Origin: a virus
Direction: 5' to 3' (one strand)
DNA length: 64,000 bases
Virus record (IMG/VR): IMGVR_UViG_3300034068_000734
Span: 4,414 to 68,413 of that record
Shown: piece after piece, positions 48,139 through 58,600 of the stretch
How positions within the stretch are numbered: position 1 is the stretch's first letter
Layout: each line of letters opens with the position of its first letter
Translations under genes and position numbers: made by a program
The notes under the pieces: generated by a model
What the model was told of the DNA's origin: nothing
What the model saw: the letters and a program-made list of their open reading frames with translations, nothing else
The model's database searches: none

Positions 48139-48635
48139 TGTTTCAGATGCCGAACAGCGTTGTCGTCCGTCGGCCCATCACCCTTGACGGGGTGCTGGTG
48201 CCGGCGGGCACTTCGCTTTCCAAAGGTCAGGTCATCGATCTGGGCCGGGAGTTGAACGCGCTGCTGGACTCTGGCTTCGTGGTTGCCCTCCCGGACCCGT
48301 ATGAGCGGCCCGGTAGGCCTCCTCGCCCGACGAGCCTGCCCCCGGTTATCCGCAACGCGATGCTGGGGAAGATGAGCGCGCCACTGGCCGTGTCTGCGAC
48401 GGTCGCCGGGGATGCGATCAGCGCGGTGGTGACGGGCGGCGTGCCGCAGTTCACTGTCACGATCAACAGTGCGCTACCGCAGTCGAAGTCGTCCCGGACG
48501 TTCGCGTTCACGGGCGTGGTTCCCGGGGATCACCGGATCGAGGTCACGGACGGCGCGGGTTCAACGAGTGCGTTCACGGCTCGTGTGACCGTTGCCGATG
48601 AGGCTAAGCGGCCTGTGCGCAAGAAGGCGGAGTAG
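48138..48635 (+). CDS. Ig-like structural protein
   Basis: VTGGVPQFTV...PGDHRIEVTDGAG. Confidence 0.55.
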   Translation: MFQMPNSVVVRRPITLDGVLVPAGTSLSKGQVIDLGRELNALLDSGFVVALPDPYERPGRPPRPTSLPPVIRNAMLGKMSAPLAVSATVAGDAISAVVTGGVPQFTVTINSALPQSKSSRTFAFTGVVPGDHRIEVTDGAGSTSAFTARVTVADEAKRPVRKKAE

Positions 48636-48638
48636 CCG

Positions 48639-48854
48639 ATGACTACTGAGGCGTTCGAGGTTGTTACCTCAGACCGGGTGCGTCCCAGGGAGGTCGCGAA
48701 GAAGCGCCCTGCCGGTCCTCGTTACGTGGCGCGCAAGCCCATGGTTATCGGCGAGAAGAAGATCAAGATCGGGGACTTGGTTCCCGAGGCGAGTAAGTGG
48801 CCGCGCGTCGAGGCGTGGGTGCGCAGCGGTTACATCGACATCGTGGAGGGCTAG
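48639..48854 (+). CDS. Small head-associated protein
   Basis: YVARKP...GDLVPEA...AWVRSGYI. Confidence 0.55.
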   Translation: MTTEAFEVVTSDRVRPREVAKKRPAGPRYVARKPMVIGEKKIKIGDLVPEASKWPRVEAWVRSGYIDIVEG

Positions 48855-48856
48855 TC

Positions 48857-49537
48857 ATGTTTGATGCTCGTGAGGTTGCCGTGTCGAAGACGGTGCTGTC
48901 CCGCAGGATCGCGGAGGTTACTGGCGAGGCGACGATGGCGGCGGCAACGCGGTCGGGTCGCAGGGCGGCGTTTGCTGCTGATGATGCATCCGTGCAGGTG
49001 GCACACGCTGGTCGTGGCGGCATGTCGTCGCGTAAGAAGGCGCTGATTGCTACTGGTGTGGCTGTTCCGGTTGTTGGTGGGGCGCTCATCGCGACACGGC
49101 GCGGTAAGGGCGTGGAGAAGGCCTTGAACGCCGGGCAACTGGCGGGGCATTTCTCGAACAAGATTGCTGGTACGACGGTGCGCCGAGGCGGGATGCTCAA
49201 GCCGAAGCGCGTGAAGTCGACCGGGGCGCTGATGCTCGATTCCCGGTCGTCTGCGGTCGCTGGCCGCAAGGTGCGTCCGGAAGGCACTGCGCCGAAGGGC
49301 ATGGTCGAGACGCTTCCTGGTCGTCGTGCTGGCGGTGCGAATCGAGCGATCGCCTCGCAGGGATATCGGGCGAATCTTGAGTCCATCGCTGGGACGGCAC
49401 CTGCGAAACTTGAGGGCTACTCGGCCCGCAGCCAGTTGGAACGCTGGCATCAGGGTGCGCTGCGCGCTGAACGTAAGCGAGTCGGCACGGAGCCGCGCCG
49501 GGTGGCGCTGCGCTCGAAGCGCGACCCCTGGTCGTAG
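48857..49537 (+). CDS. Basic protein with one hydrophobic helix (cargo-like)
   Basis: VSK and VEK motifs flank ALIATGVAVPVVGGALIA. Confidence 0.55.
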   Translation: MFDAREVAVSKTVLSRRIAEVTGEATMAAATRSGRRAAFAADDASVQVAHAGRGGMSSRKKALIATGVAVPVVGGALIATRRGKGVEKALNAGQLAGHFSNKIAGTTVRRGGMLKPKRVKSTGALMLDSRSSAVAGRKVRPEGTAPKGMVETLPGRRAGGANRAIASQGYRANLESIAGTAPAKLEGYSARSQLERWHQGALRAERKRVGTEPRRVALRSKRDPWS

Positions 49538-49543
49538 GTAGCC

Positions 49544-50074
49544 GTGACGTGGACGTACAGCGGCAGCCCGGCGTCGAGCCATCGTGACGCGATCCGGTTC
49601 TACGTGGGGGACATCGATCCTTCGCTGCCGTTGCTCCAGGACGAGGACATCGACTTTCTGCTCGACAAGTGGCTGGACCTGTACGGGTCTGACTTGATGG
49701 TGGCGGCTGGTGCTGCGGAGATCATCTCGAATCATTTCGGGCGCGAGGTGTCGGTGTCTGCCGATGGCGTGTCGGTTGGGTCGAGCGAGTTGCAGCAGAA
49801 GTACAACGACATCGCGATGAACCTGCGGGATATGTACAAGATCGAACAGATCGGCACACCGATCATCCCTGGCTTGTGGGACACGTCATGGGATCCGTCG
49901 ATCAAGGTGCTGCGGTTCGGTATCGGGTTCACGGACAACTACTTGGCCGGCCGTCAGGACTATGGGGATTACGACCCGGACGGCTATCCGAACACTGGCG
50001 GTGGCGGGGACTGGAACCAGTTGACCGGTGGTGCGGGCGGCGGCAGCGACGTGGCTGCGGATGGCGCTACCTGA
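49544..50074 (+). CDS. Head-to-tail adaptor
   Basis: WTYSGSP...DAIRFYVGD...LLQDEDIDFLL; gene position. Confidence 0.75.
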   Translation: MTWTYSGSPASSHRDAIRFYVGDIDPSLPLLQDEDIDFLLDKWLDLYGSDLMVAAGAAEIISNHFGREVSVSADGVSVGSSELQQKYNDIAMNLRDMYKIEQIGTPIIPGLWDTSWDPSIKVLRFGIGFTDNYLAGRQDYGDYDPDGYPNTGGGGDWNQLTGGAGGGSDVAADGAT

Positions 50075-50586
50075 TGTGGCAGTGGAGCGCGGTGACGCCG
50101 CGCTTCTCGACGAATGCGAGCGCCTACATCGCGCGGGTGTACGCGGAGCGGAACATGGATTCGATGGTGCGGATCTGGCGTCCTGACAGTCCGGGGTTCG
50201 TCCCGCAGTCGGGGACGCTGCTGGCCGAGGAGATGTTCGAGGTGTACTTGGGCAAGGCCCGGGTGTACACGGTGTCAGGGCCGATCACGATGGGCATTGG
50301 AGATGAGCCGACGTACTACTCGTCTACGTTCGTGAGCATCCCGCTGACGACGGAGGACCCGTTCGCGTCTCCGGCTGTGGAGCCGGTCGCACAGTCCCCT
50401 CGGGTGGACGACATCGTGCAGGTGGACAGGCATCGTGACCCGTTGATGGTGGACAGGTATTTCCGGGTGGTGGACGTGGAGGCTGGTTCCCAGTTCCCGG
50501 TGTCCCGCCGGTTGCAGTGCGTGGGCATTCAGGCGTCGAAGCAGTGGGGTAGTTCGCAGATCCCGACGGAATGGATCATCAGGTGA
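50074..50586 (+). CDS. Head closure/stopper (DUF6093-like)
   Basis: MDSMVRIWRP, VYLGKARV, PRVDDIVQV; gene position. Confidence 0.65.
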   Translation: MWQWSAVTPRFSTNASAYIARVYAERNMDSMVRIWRPDSPGFVPQSGTLLAEEMFEVYLGKARVYTVSGPITMGIGDEPTYYSSTFVSIPLTTEDPFASPAVEPVAQSPRVDDIVQVDRHRDPLMVDRYFRVVDVEAGSQFPVSRRLQCVGIQASKQWGSSQIPTEWIIR

Positions 50587-50825
50587 AGCCTGATGAGCTG
50601 ATTACCCGCCTTGAGGGTTTGAGGGATGTGGCGGGGCGCGCTGACGCGGCTGCCATCGCGGGTGCTCGTGACGCGATTAAGGGCGTGAGGGTGCCTGGTC
50701 ACCGGGTGTCGATGTCGGGGTCGCGCATCCGGGTGACGGGGCCGGTCGCGCCGAAGGTCGCGGAGCGTCTGGCCCGTGAGGCTGGCAAGGGCGCGCAGGC
50801 GTCCGTGAGGGGACTGCTGCCATGA
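50583..50825 (+). CDS. Neck-region hypothetical protein
   Basis: Coupled ORF in the neck module. Confidence 0.5.
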   Translation: MKPDELITRLEGLRDVAGRADAAAIAGARDAIKGVRVPGHRVSMSGSRIRVTGPVAPKVAERLAREAGKGAQASVRGLLP

Positions 50826-51259
50826 TCGACATCGGACAGTTGACGACGCAGGTGGTGACGGCACTGTCGGAGTCGTCTGGGCAGAGGATCGGCGACGGGA
50901 TCGCCCCTCAGGGGGTCGGATGGCTGTCCGGTCAGCCGAACGTGTCCGCGTTCATCCCGTACTCGGTGGTGGCGTTCCAGGGCGGGCAGTTGGCTGAGAC
51001 GGCATGGTCGTACAGCGAGCAGGTTCGGGCGTGGACGACGTCGTGGCGGGTGTCTTCCTACGGGGGTTCTCGGGAGCAGTGCGACTGGATGGCGACGGCC
51101 GCACGCGATGGCGTGTACCACTGCATCGGCCGGCTGTTCGGCTCATATCGGGTGAGCATGGCCTCGTGGGGGTCGTTGGGGCCGATGACGCGCAACGATT
51201 CGGTCGATCCGCCCATGTGGAGCGTCACCGATATGTTCACGTTGCGCTGCGATGCTTAA
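50822..51259 (+). CDS. Tail terminator
   Basis: IGDGIAP, PYSVV, GGSREQCDWMA; precedes the tail tube gene. Confidence 0.7.
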   Translation: MIDIGQLTTQVVTALSESSGQRIGDGIAPQGVGWLSGQPNVSAFIPYSVVAFQGGQLAETAWSYSEQVRAWTTSWRVSSYGGSREQCDWMATAARDGVYHCIGRLFGSYRVSMASWGSLGPMTRNDSVDPPMWSVTDMFTLRCDA

Positions 51260-51333
51260 CGACAAGACGCCTTGAGGCATCTAGACTCATTCATAGTCAC
51301 TCTCGCGAGTACCGACAACCGAAAGGCACCACC

Positions 51334-51846
51334 ATGAGAATCATCCCGAATGAGAACTCCTGGATCGGATTCACGAAGGTCCGTCCGGCGAACGTCAAGG
51401 CACCGTCTGCTGCGGAGATCGCCGCCGCGGAGGACCTGACAAGTTTCATCATCAGCATCACTGCGCAGTCGCAGGGCAATACGGTTCCGACCCCGAACAT
51501 CGACTCGCTGTTTGAGACATCAGTCCCGGGTACGAGCCAGGCATCGTTCATGGCGGACATGTACCGAGACGACGCCTTGGACACCGCGTGGGAGACCCTT
51601 CCTAGGGGCACCGTCGGCTACTTCTACATCTCCCGCTTCGGCGGCACTGGCCCGGGCTTCACCCCCGTGATCGGTGAGTCTGTCGAGGTGTGGCCGGTTC
51701 GTATCGTGTCGCGCACCGCTTCGGCAATGGCGAGCAACACGGCGCAGACGTTCTCATGCACCGCATCGGTGCCTGAGGAGCCCTCTGAGAACGCGAAGGT
51801 AGCGGCGACATTCGCCAGCAATCCGGTTGCGAAGCCCTCAGCATGA
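51334..51846 (+). CDS. Major tail (tube) protein
   Basis: APSAAEIAAAEDLT, ETSVPG, VEVWPV. Confidence 0.85.
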   Translation: MRIIPNENSWIGFTKVRPANVKAPSAAEIAAAEDLTSFIISITAQSQGNTVPTPNIDSLFETSVPGTSQASFMADMYRDDALDTAWETLPRGTVGYFYISRFGGTGPGFTPVIGESVEVWPVRIVSRTASAMASNTAQTFSCTASVPEEPSENAKVAATFASNPVAKPSA

Positions 51847-51947
51847 GCTATTCGCAGGAGCCACTGGACGGCTTGGCCGCCGAACCGGTGGCTCCTGCGA
51901 CGCACGAATCACCGGGCCCTAGGGCACAGACCAGTCGGAGGAAGAAG

Positions 51948-52690
51948 ATGAGCACCGCAACGGAGACTCGCCGTCAGGCGACATTGAAGGACCTGCTGAA
52001 CAAGCCCGCCCGTGTGAAGGACGTCGTCCTGACGGTCCCGGACGAGGACGGCACGATGATCGAGTACGTGTTCTCGATGCGCGCGATCGGGTCGAAGGCG
52101 TATGACGTCCTCGTGGGGATGCACCCGCCGACGCCGGACCAAAAGCGCGAGGGCTCGACGTACAACCCTGACTCGTTCGGCCCGGCACTGATCTCGATGT
52201 GCTCGGCGAATCCCCGGATGACGCCGAATGAGGCGAAGGAACTGTGGGAGTCCGACGAGTGGAGCCGCGGGGAGGTCATGGAGATCTTCATGGCGTCTGT
52301 CGAGGTGAACAGCCGGGGGCTTGATGTCCCTTTTACCGCAGCCGACTCCGGTACGACCCGGCGTTCCAGTTAGAGGTCGGCTGGTGCTCGGATCACGGGC
52401 TCTCCCATTCGGCGCTGCTGGACTGGGAGCCGGAGGACAGGGCGAAGCTGGTCGCGTACCTGCTGGAGTCCAGTAGCAAGTGCCAGCAGTGCGGCACCGC
52501 CGCATGGGAGTGGGAGGAGGACCGTTTTGCGTACGAGCCGACGGTCACCCAATGCTGGGGCTGCTACCTCAAGGATCTCGTGCACAGCGAGGCTGACATG
52601 CCTGGTTCGCGGATCACGCTGCTGCCGAAGGAGTCGGCGCGCCTGCTGCGGGAGTCGCCGCCTGAGCCTCCGACGAGGAGGCGCACATGA
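51948..52690 (+). CDS. Tail assembly chaperone G (51948-52373) / GT via -1 frameshift
   Basis: C CCT TTT at 52328-52334; the -1 frame is open to TGA 52690, overlapping the tape measure ATG. Confidence 0.85.
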
Positions 52691-55600
52691 GTGAGTACAT
52701 GGTCGATGTCGGCCTGAACGTCAACGCCGGGTCGTACATGACGTCGATGGGCCAAGCCGTCGCGGTGACCCGCCAGTACTCGGAGGTCGTTGACGGTATT
52801 CCGGCCGTTGCGACGAAGATGACGAGCGCCCTCGTGGGTGCGGCGAACAAGATGACCGGGTTCAACGCGGTGAACACCCTCGCGGTGGACACTGCCGCGT
52901 CGTACCAGAAGGCGCTGAGCGGGATCGAGGCTGGCGCTTCCGCTTCTGGCCGGTCGTTCACGGCGCTGGAGAAGACGACGAAGCAGTTCGGCAGGAACTT
53001 CTCTGGCGGTATGGGTCAGGCCATTCAGGTCGTGGAGACCTTGCAGAAGCAGGGCATCAAGTCCGAGAAGCAGATCGACTCGCTGGGTAAGGCGTGGATC
53101 AAGATGGGCGCGGCGACTGGGTCGAACGCTGCGCAGATCGGCGCTGATTTCACGCAACTGTCCCGGTCGATGGGCAATGGGGTCAGCCAGTTCACGAAAC
53201 TGTCGGATTCGCTGGTGACGACGACGGCGAAGATCGGCGGGTCCGCTGAGTCAGTGGTGTCGTTCTCGAAGGCGCTCGCGCCGGTTGCGGCGACGATCGG
53301 GATCAACCAGACGGCGGTGATGGGCCTGTCGGCGGCGATGTCGAGCCTCGGTGAGGACGGGTACCGGTCAGCGAACGTGCTGAACAAGGTCATGCTGGAC
53401 ATGAACAGGGCGGTCCGCGATGGCGGCCCTGAGTTGAAGGCGTACGCCGACGTGATGGGGACGACGTCGGAGAAGCTGCGCGACTTGATGAAGCAGGACC
53501 CGACGGAGTTCATGACTCGGTTCGCGGAGTCGCTGGGCAAGGCTGGCCCGCAGATGTCCCGACAGTTGGAGATGCTCGGGTTCGACTCGGTGCGGGACAC
53601 AAGGTCGCTGGCGGCGCTCACCCGGTCAGGGAACATGCGCGAGGCGATCGATACGGCGCAGAAGTCGTACGGTGATGGTTCGACGGAGCGTGCGGCATCG
53701 AAGGCCCTTGAGGGGGTCACGGACCAAGCGGACAAGTTGAAGGAGTCGATGACGCAGGTCGTCGTGAACATGGGTCGCCCCTTGCTCGGCGTGGCGGCGA
53801 ACCAGTTGGGCGTGGCAAACGCGATCGCTGGCGGCGTTGCGGGCGCGACGGAGGGGAAAGTCCCCCAGGTTCTTACCGGAGTCGCGGGTGCTGCTGGCGC
53901 AGTGGGAAGCATCGGCATGAATGCGCTGACGCTGGCGTCGTTCTACGCGCTGGCAAAAATCGGCGGGAAGAAACTCGGGGAGTCGGACACGGTCCAGGAG
54001 GGCAAGCGGGCACTCGTCCAGCGGTCCCAAGGCCTGCCGGTGGCGACTTCGACCACGACCATGGGACGGTTCGGCCAGGTGATCGGCAGCGCGGTCGGGT
54101 CCACACTCATGACCCCGTCCGGGATACCGATGACGGCCGGTGAGCGCTTCGCGTCGGCTAGTAGGACGGCGATTCGCACGGGTGCTGGAGTGGCGGCGTT
54201 CGGACTGAACTCGACGTACGGGAATTTGTTCCGCAACGCTCAGGGATTGGACCCGATTCGGGGTGTTGCGTACAACAATTTCAGGGATTCGGTGAAGTCC
54301 GCCGGGGCGCAGTTCAAGACCGGTGATATGCGCGGCGCGTTGCAGACGGTCGCGATGTCCGGCGGGAGAAGCCTGGGGTCGCTTGCGGATCCGACTCAGC
54401 GCGTGACGCTCCCTCAGGCGATCGGCAGCACGGCAGTGGGCGCGACGAAGATGATCGGCGGCGGGCTCGGGCTCGCGGCGTCAAGCGTTGGCAGGGTTGC
54501 GACATCCATCATGAACCCCTACATGATGGGCATCATGGCTGCGGCCGGTACCGGCATGTACGCGGCTGGGCAGATCAAGGAGTCGGACTCCCGTGTGCAA
54601 CAGGTCGCTACTGCCGGGCAGGACTTGAACTCGACATTCAACTCGTTCGCGGCAGCGATGGGGATGGCGTCTCGGGGACTTGAGTCGTTCAGTGCGACGG
54701 CGTTGAAGTCGGCTGGCGACGTGGCGAAGACGAACACGTCGAATCGCGAGGCGACGACGATCGATCCGAACGAAGCCGCCGCATCGAACGCGGCCGGGTA
54801 CGTTCCCCAGAAGCGGTCAGACCGGGCGGAGGGCACGAATCTTGCTGCCGGTACGGCGATCGCGACGCTCGGGTTCTCAGCGAAGCCTGAGGAGATCGCC
54901 GCCTACGTGAACGATCTCGCGTCGTCGAAGTCCATGGGCAAGTTTGAGGCGCAGAATGTCGCCGATGTCCTGAAAGAGGTGTACGGCGACGGGAACACCC
55001 GGCCGAACAGCGAGATGGGCTACACGCTCATGCAGGACGCAGTCCGGGCGAACGGCGGCACGGTGCTGGGTTTGACCGGCCGGGTCACTGAGTCTCAGGC
55101 AGAGATCGGCGTCGGGATGACGCAGGCTGCCCAGGCGCAGGCGAATAACGCCGGGAAACTGTTCGGCGGCGAAGTGTCGGTCTACTCGCCGAAGGACGGA
55201 TCGAAGCTGTCGGCTACGTATGGGGATGTCGTGGCCGGTTCGGAGGCGAAGCAGATCTACGACGCCGCATACGCGCAACAGTTGGACGGTGAAGGCGATA
55301 AGAGCGCCGCTGCAATCACCGGTCAGACAGTGAGTGACCTCATTGGAATTAATGAGGTGGACGCGTACAACGCGGGTCTTCCGACTCAGGCAACGTCCCG
55401 AGGGGCGGCGTACGGATTGTTGAAAGAGGACAAGCAGACGTTCGAGGAGATGCTGGCACGTGCTGCGGAGGGCGGAAATACGAATGCCGCACGTACCCTC
55501 GCATTGATCAACGAGGGGTACATCACTGAGTCTGGGGCGAACTACAGCAAGTTCAGCCCGACGACGCCGGACAATGAGAAGGCCGCACGTTCGCTGGACA

Positions 55601-58600
55601 AGTCGTTCGTGCTGACGAGCAAGGCCGCGGGGAAACTGTCGGACTCCCTGTATGAGGCTGAGGCCGCTGGTCGTGCGCTGAAGAAGCCGATGGAAGAGCT
55701 GACGGCCCTCGACACGAAGGGGATGTCCGCTGCCGGGCGGGACATCAACGCCTACCGCATGGATCGCACGGAGACATCGAGGAGGGATGCTGGACTGAGT
55801 GTCCTGGGTTCGGCCTTGACGAACTCCGGCGGCAGCCAGGGCGAGGCTGCGGTGTCGATCAGGCTTCAGCAGGCGATGGCGACGAATGACGACTTGAAGA
55901 ACGTACTGGGCAGCGCACTGTCATTGCAGGAGCCGCGCAGGTCCGCGCAGGAGGCTGGACGCACCCAGATGCAGTCCCTGCGGTCGAGCGCAGCGTCCGC
56001 GTATTCCACGTACGGCATGCAGTACACGCCGAGCAACACTGAACTGAACGACATTCTTGCCGCGCAGGAGGCCGGCCGATACCAGTGGCAGGAGGCGACG
56101 AGGGCTGACGCTATTGGAATGAACCGGTCGTCGGGCTCGATGCAGACGTCGATCAACGCGATGCAGCGCTCCACTGGGGTAACGATCGGGATGATCAACC
56201 GGGACACTGCGACGGGCGAACGGTACGGGCGTGAGGACTTCGCCCGCCAGCAGGACCTGTCGAGGTTCGAGCGGGACAAGACGATCAAGCGTTCGAACAG
56301 GGATTTCGGGACACAGCGCACTCGTGCGACCGTCGAGTACGGCAAGCAGGAGCAGTACTCGACCGAGGACAAGGGGCTTCAGGAGTCCCGGGCGAACCGT
56401 GACTTCACCCGGCAGATGACCCAGTCCGATGACGACTACCGCAAGAGCAAGTACCGCGCCGATGAGGATTTCAGCACGCAGAAGCTTCGCGCGCAGCGCG
56501 ACTTCGATAAGCAGATGTCACGTGGGCAACGAGACTTCGATAAGGGGTCGCTGCGCGGACAGGAGGACTTCGACCGTGCGCGGGTGCGTGCAACTGAGGA
56601 CTTCAACAAGCAGATCGCCCGCATGGTGGAGGATTCCGCGAAGCAGATGTATGACCCGTGGAAGCGGATCAGCGCCCAAATGGTGATGGATGCCGGGCAA
56701 CTGGTGACGAACTTGAAGGATCAGACGGCGGCCGTTGACAAGCAGGTGTCGAATCTTGCGGAGGCACGGGGGATGGGCCTGTCGGATGCGGCGATCAAGG
56801 CGTTGAACCTGTCGGATGCGTCGAACGCCCAGCAGTTGTCCCGGGTCGTTGACGACATTCGCGGGAACTCCTCGTACGCGGGGCAGATCAATGACGCGGT
56901 GGGCGCGAAGGCGGCGAGTTCTCAGGTACTGGTGCAGGACCAGGGGAACACGTCGTTTGCGCGGGCGCAGGAGGACTTCTCAACGCAGATGCAGCGCGGC
57001 GGCGACGACTTCGCGATTTCGAAGTCTCGTGCGCTCGCGGACTTCGACCAGTCGAAGGCGGACACGAAAGAGGACTTCAAGAAGTCACTGGACGACTCGC
57101 AGGCCGACTTCGACAAGAACATGGTCCGGATGGACACGGATTTCGCGGTGAGCGTCGTGCGAGCGAATCTGGCGTTCGACACGTCGATGGCCGACATGCA
57201 GCAGTCGTTCGACATCTCACGGGCGCGCGCGAAGGAGATGTTCGTCCAGCAGCTTGCCTACTCGAAGGCCGACCACGATCTGGCGATGTCGGACTTGAAC
57301 GCGGACTTCGACCATGCGAGCAAGGTCGCAGCGGACAGCCTCGAACTGTCTGTGAAGCGGATGTGGGAGCGGGCACGCACGTCGATCTCGGATGCGGGCG
57401 CTGCGGCATCAGCGCAGATCAAGTCGATGATGGAGCAGTTCTACCAGGTCGGCCAGTCGTCTGCGGCGGGCGATGGCGGCGTGACGCAGATGCTTTCCGA
57501 TGCGATGAAGAACGGGATCGACCCGAAGACGATGGGCGAGGACTGGCAGGCCCGTATCCAGAACTCGCTGGACTACATCAAGACGAACGGCATCAAGGTG
57601 CCGAAAGCGCTGACGGACTTCTATGCGGGCAAGGGGTTCACGGGCGAGGACTTGAAGCCAGCATCACCGACTGTGAGGGAAGCAGAGGGGCTTACCCCAG
57701 CGAAGCCGATCAATGTCCGCGATGAGCACGGTAATCGCCGTCCCGGCATTCCTGACGACGGGATCGACTGGAGCATTGGCGCTCTACAGAAGCAGCACGC
57801 CTTGCTCTTGGAAAAGGCCGGGAACGGGGATTTCAAGGAGATCGGCACGGCCATGTGGGATGGAGTGAAGGAGGGGTGGGAGACCGCTAACCACAACATC
57901 TTCGCCGCCCCGTTCACTATCGCGATCGAAATGGTGAAGAACCTCCTCGGCATCAAGTCCCCTTCGACGGTGTTCAAGGAGATCGGCGAGAACGTCGTCC
58001 AAGGGCTGAAGGATGGCATCACGGGCACGATCGGCGGGGTGTGGGAGAAGATCACGGACCCGATCAAGGACTTGGACATCGGCGGGAAGGTGACCGGGGC
58101 GTTCAAGACCGCGATGGAGTACTTGAAGAAGCTCGGCACCACGATCGGGACGTGGGTGACGGGCGCGTGGGATTCGATCGCCAGTCCCCTGACATCCATT
58201 GACATCGAGGCGTCGGTGAAGACGGCGTTCTCGAAGGCGAAGGAATGGATCGGCGGCCTGGGGGACAAGACCGGGGGCGCGGCGGACTCGGTGTCGAAGT
58301 GGATCGGGACTGCCTGGGAGAGCATCATGTCAGGCATCCCAACGATCGAGAAGGTCATGGGGAAGGTGCAGGCGGCATTCGGCCTTGGGGATGCGAATGG
58401 CGGCGGCATCGCCCAGTGGCTTCAAGGGCTGAAGGACGCTGAGAAAGACGGCAAGGACACGGTCATGGGCTGGATTGGTGACGCGTGGGGGATGATCCTC
58501 ACCGGTATTCCTGGGCTGGAGATGGTCAAGGAAGCGTTCCGTCCGATGGGCGACGGGATCGTAAAGGTGGTGAACGCGTTGATCGACGCGTGGAACAGTC

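Noticed and set aside
56230-57330. Periodic repeats as a novel repeat element
   Set aside because: Ordinary 11-residue periodicity of a tape measure protein.
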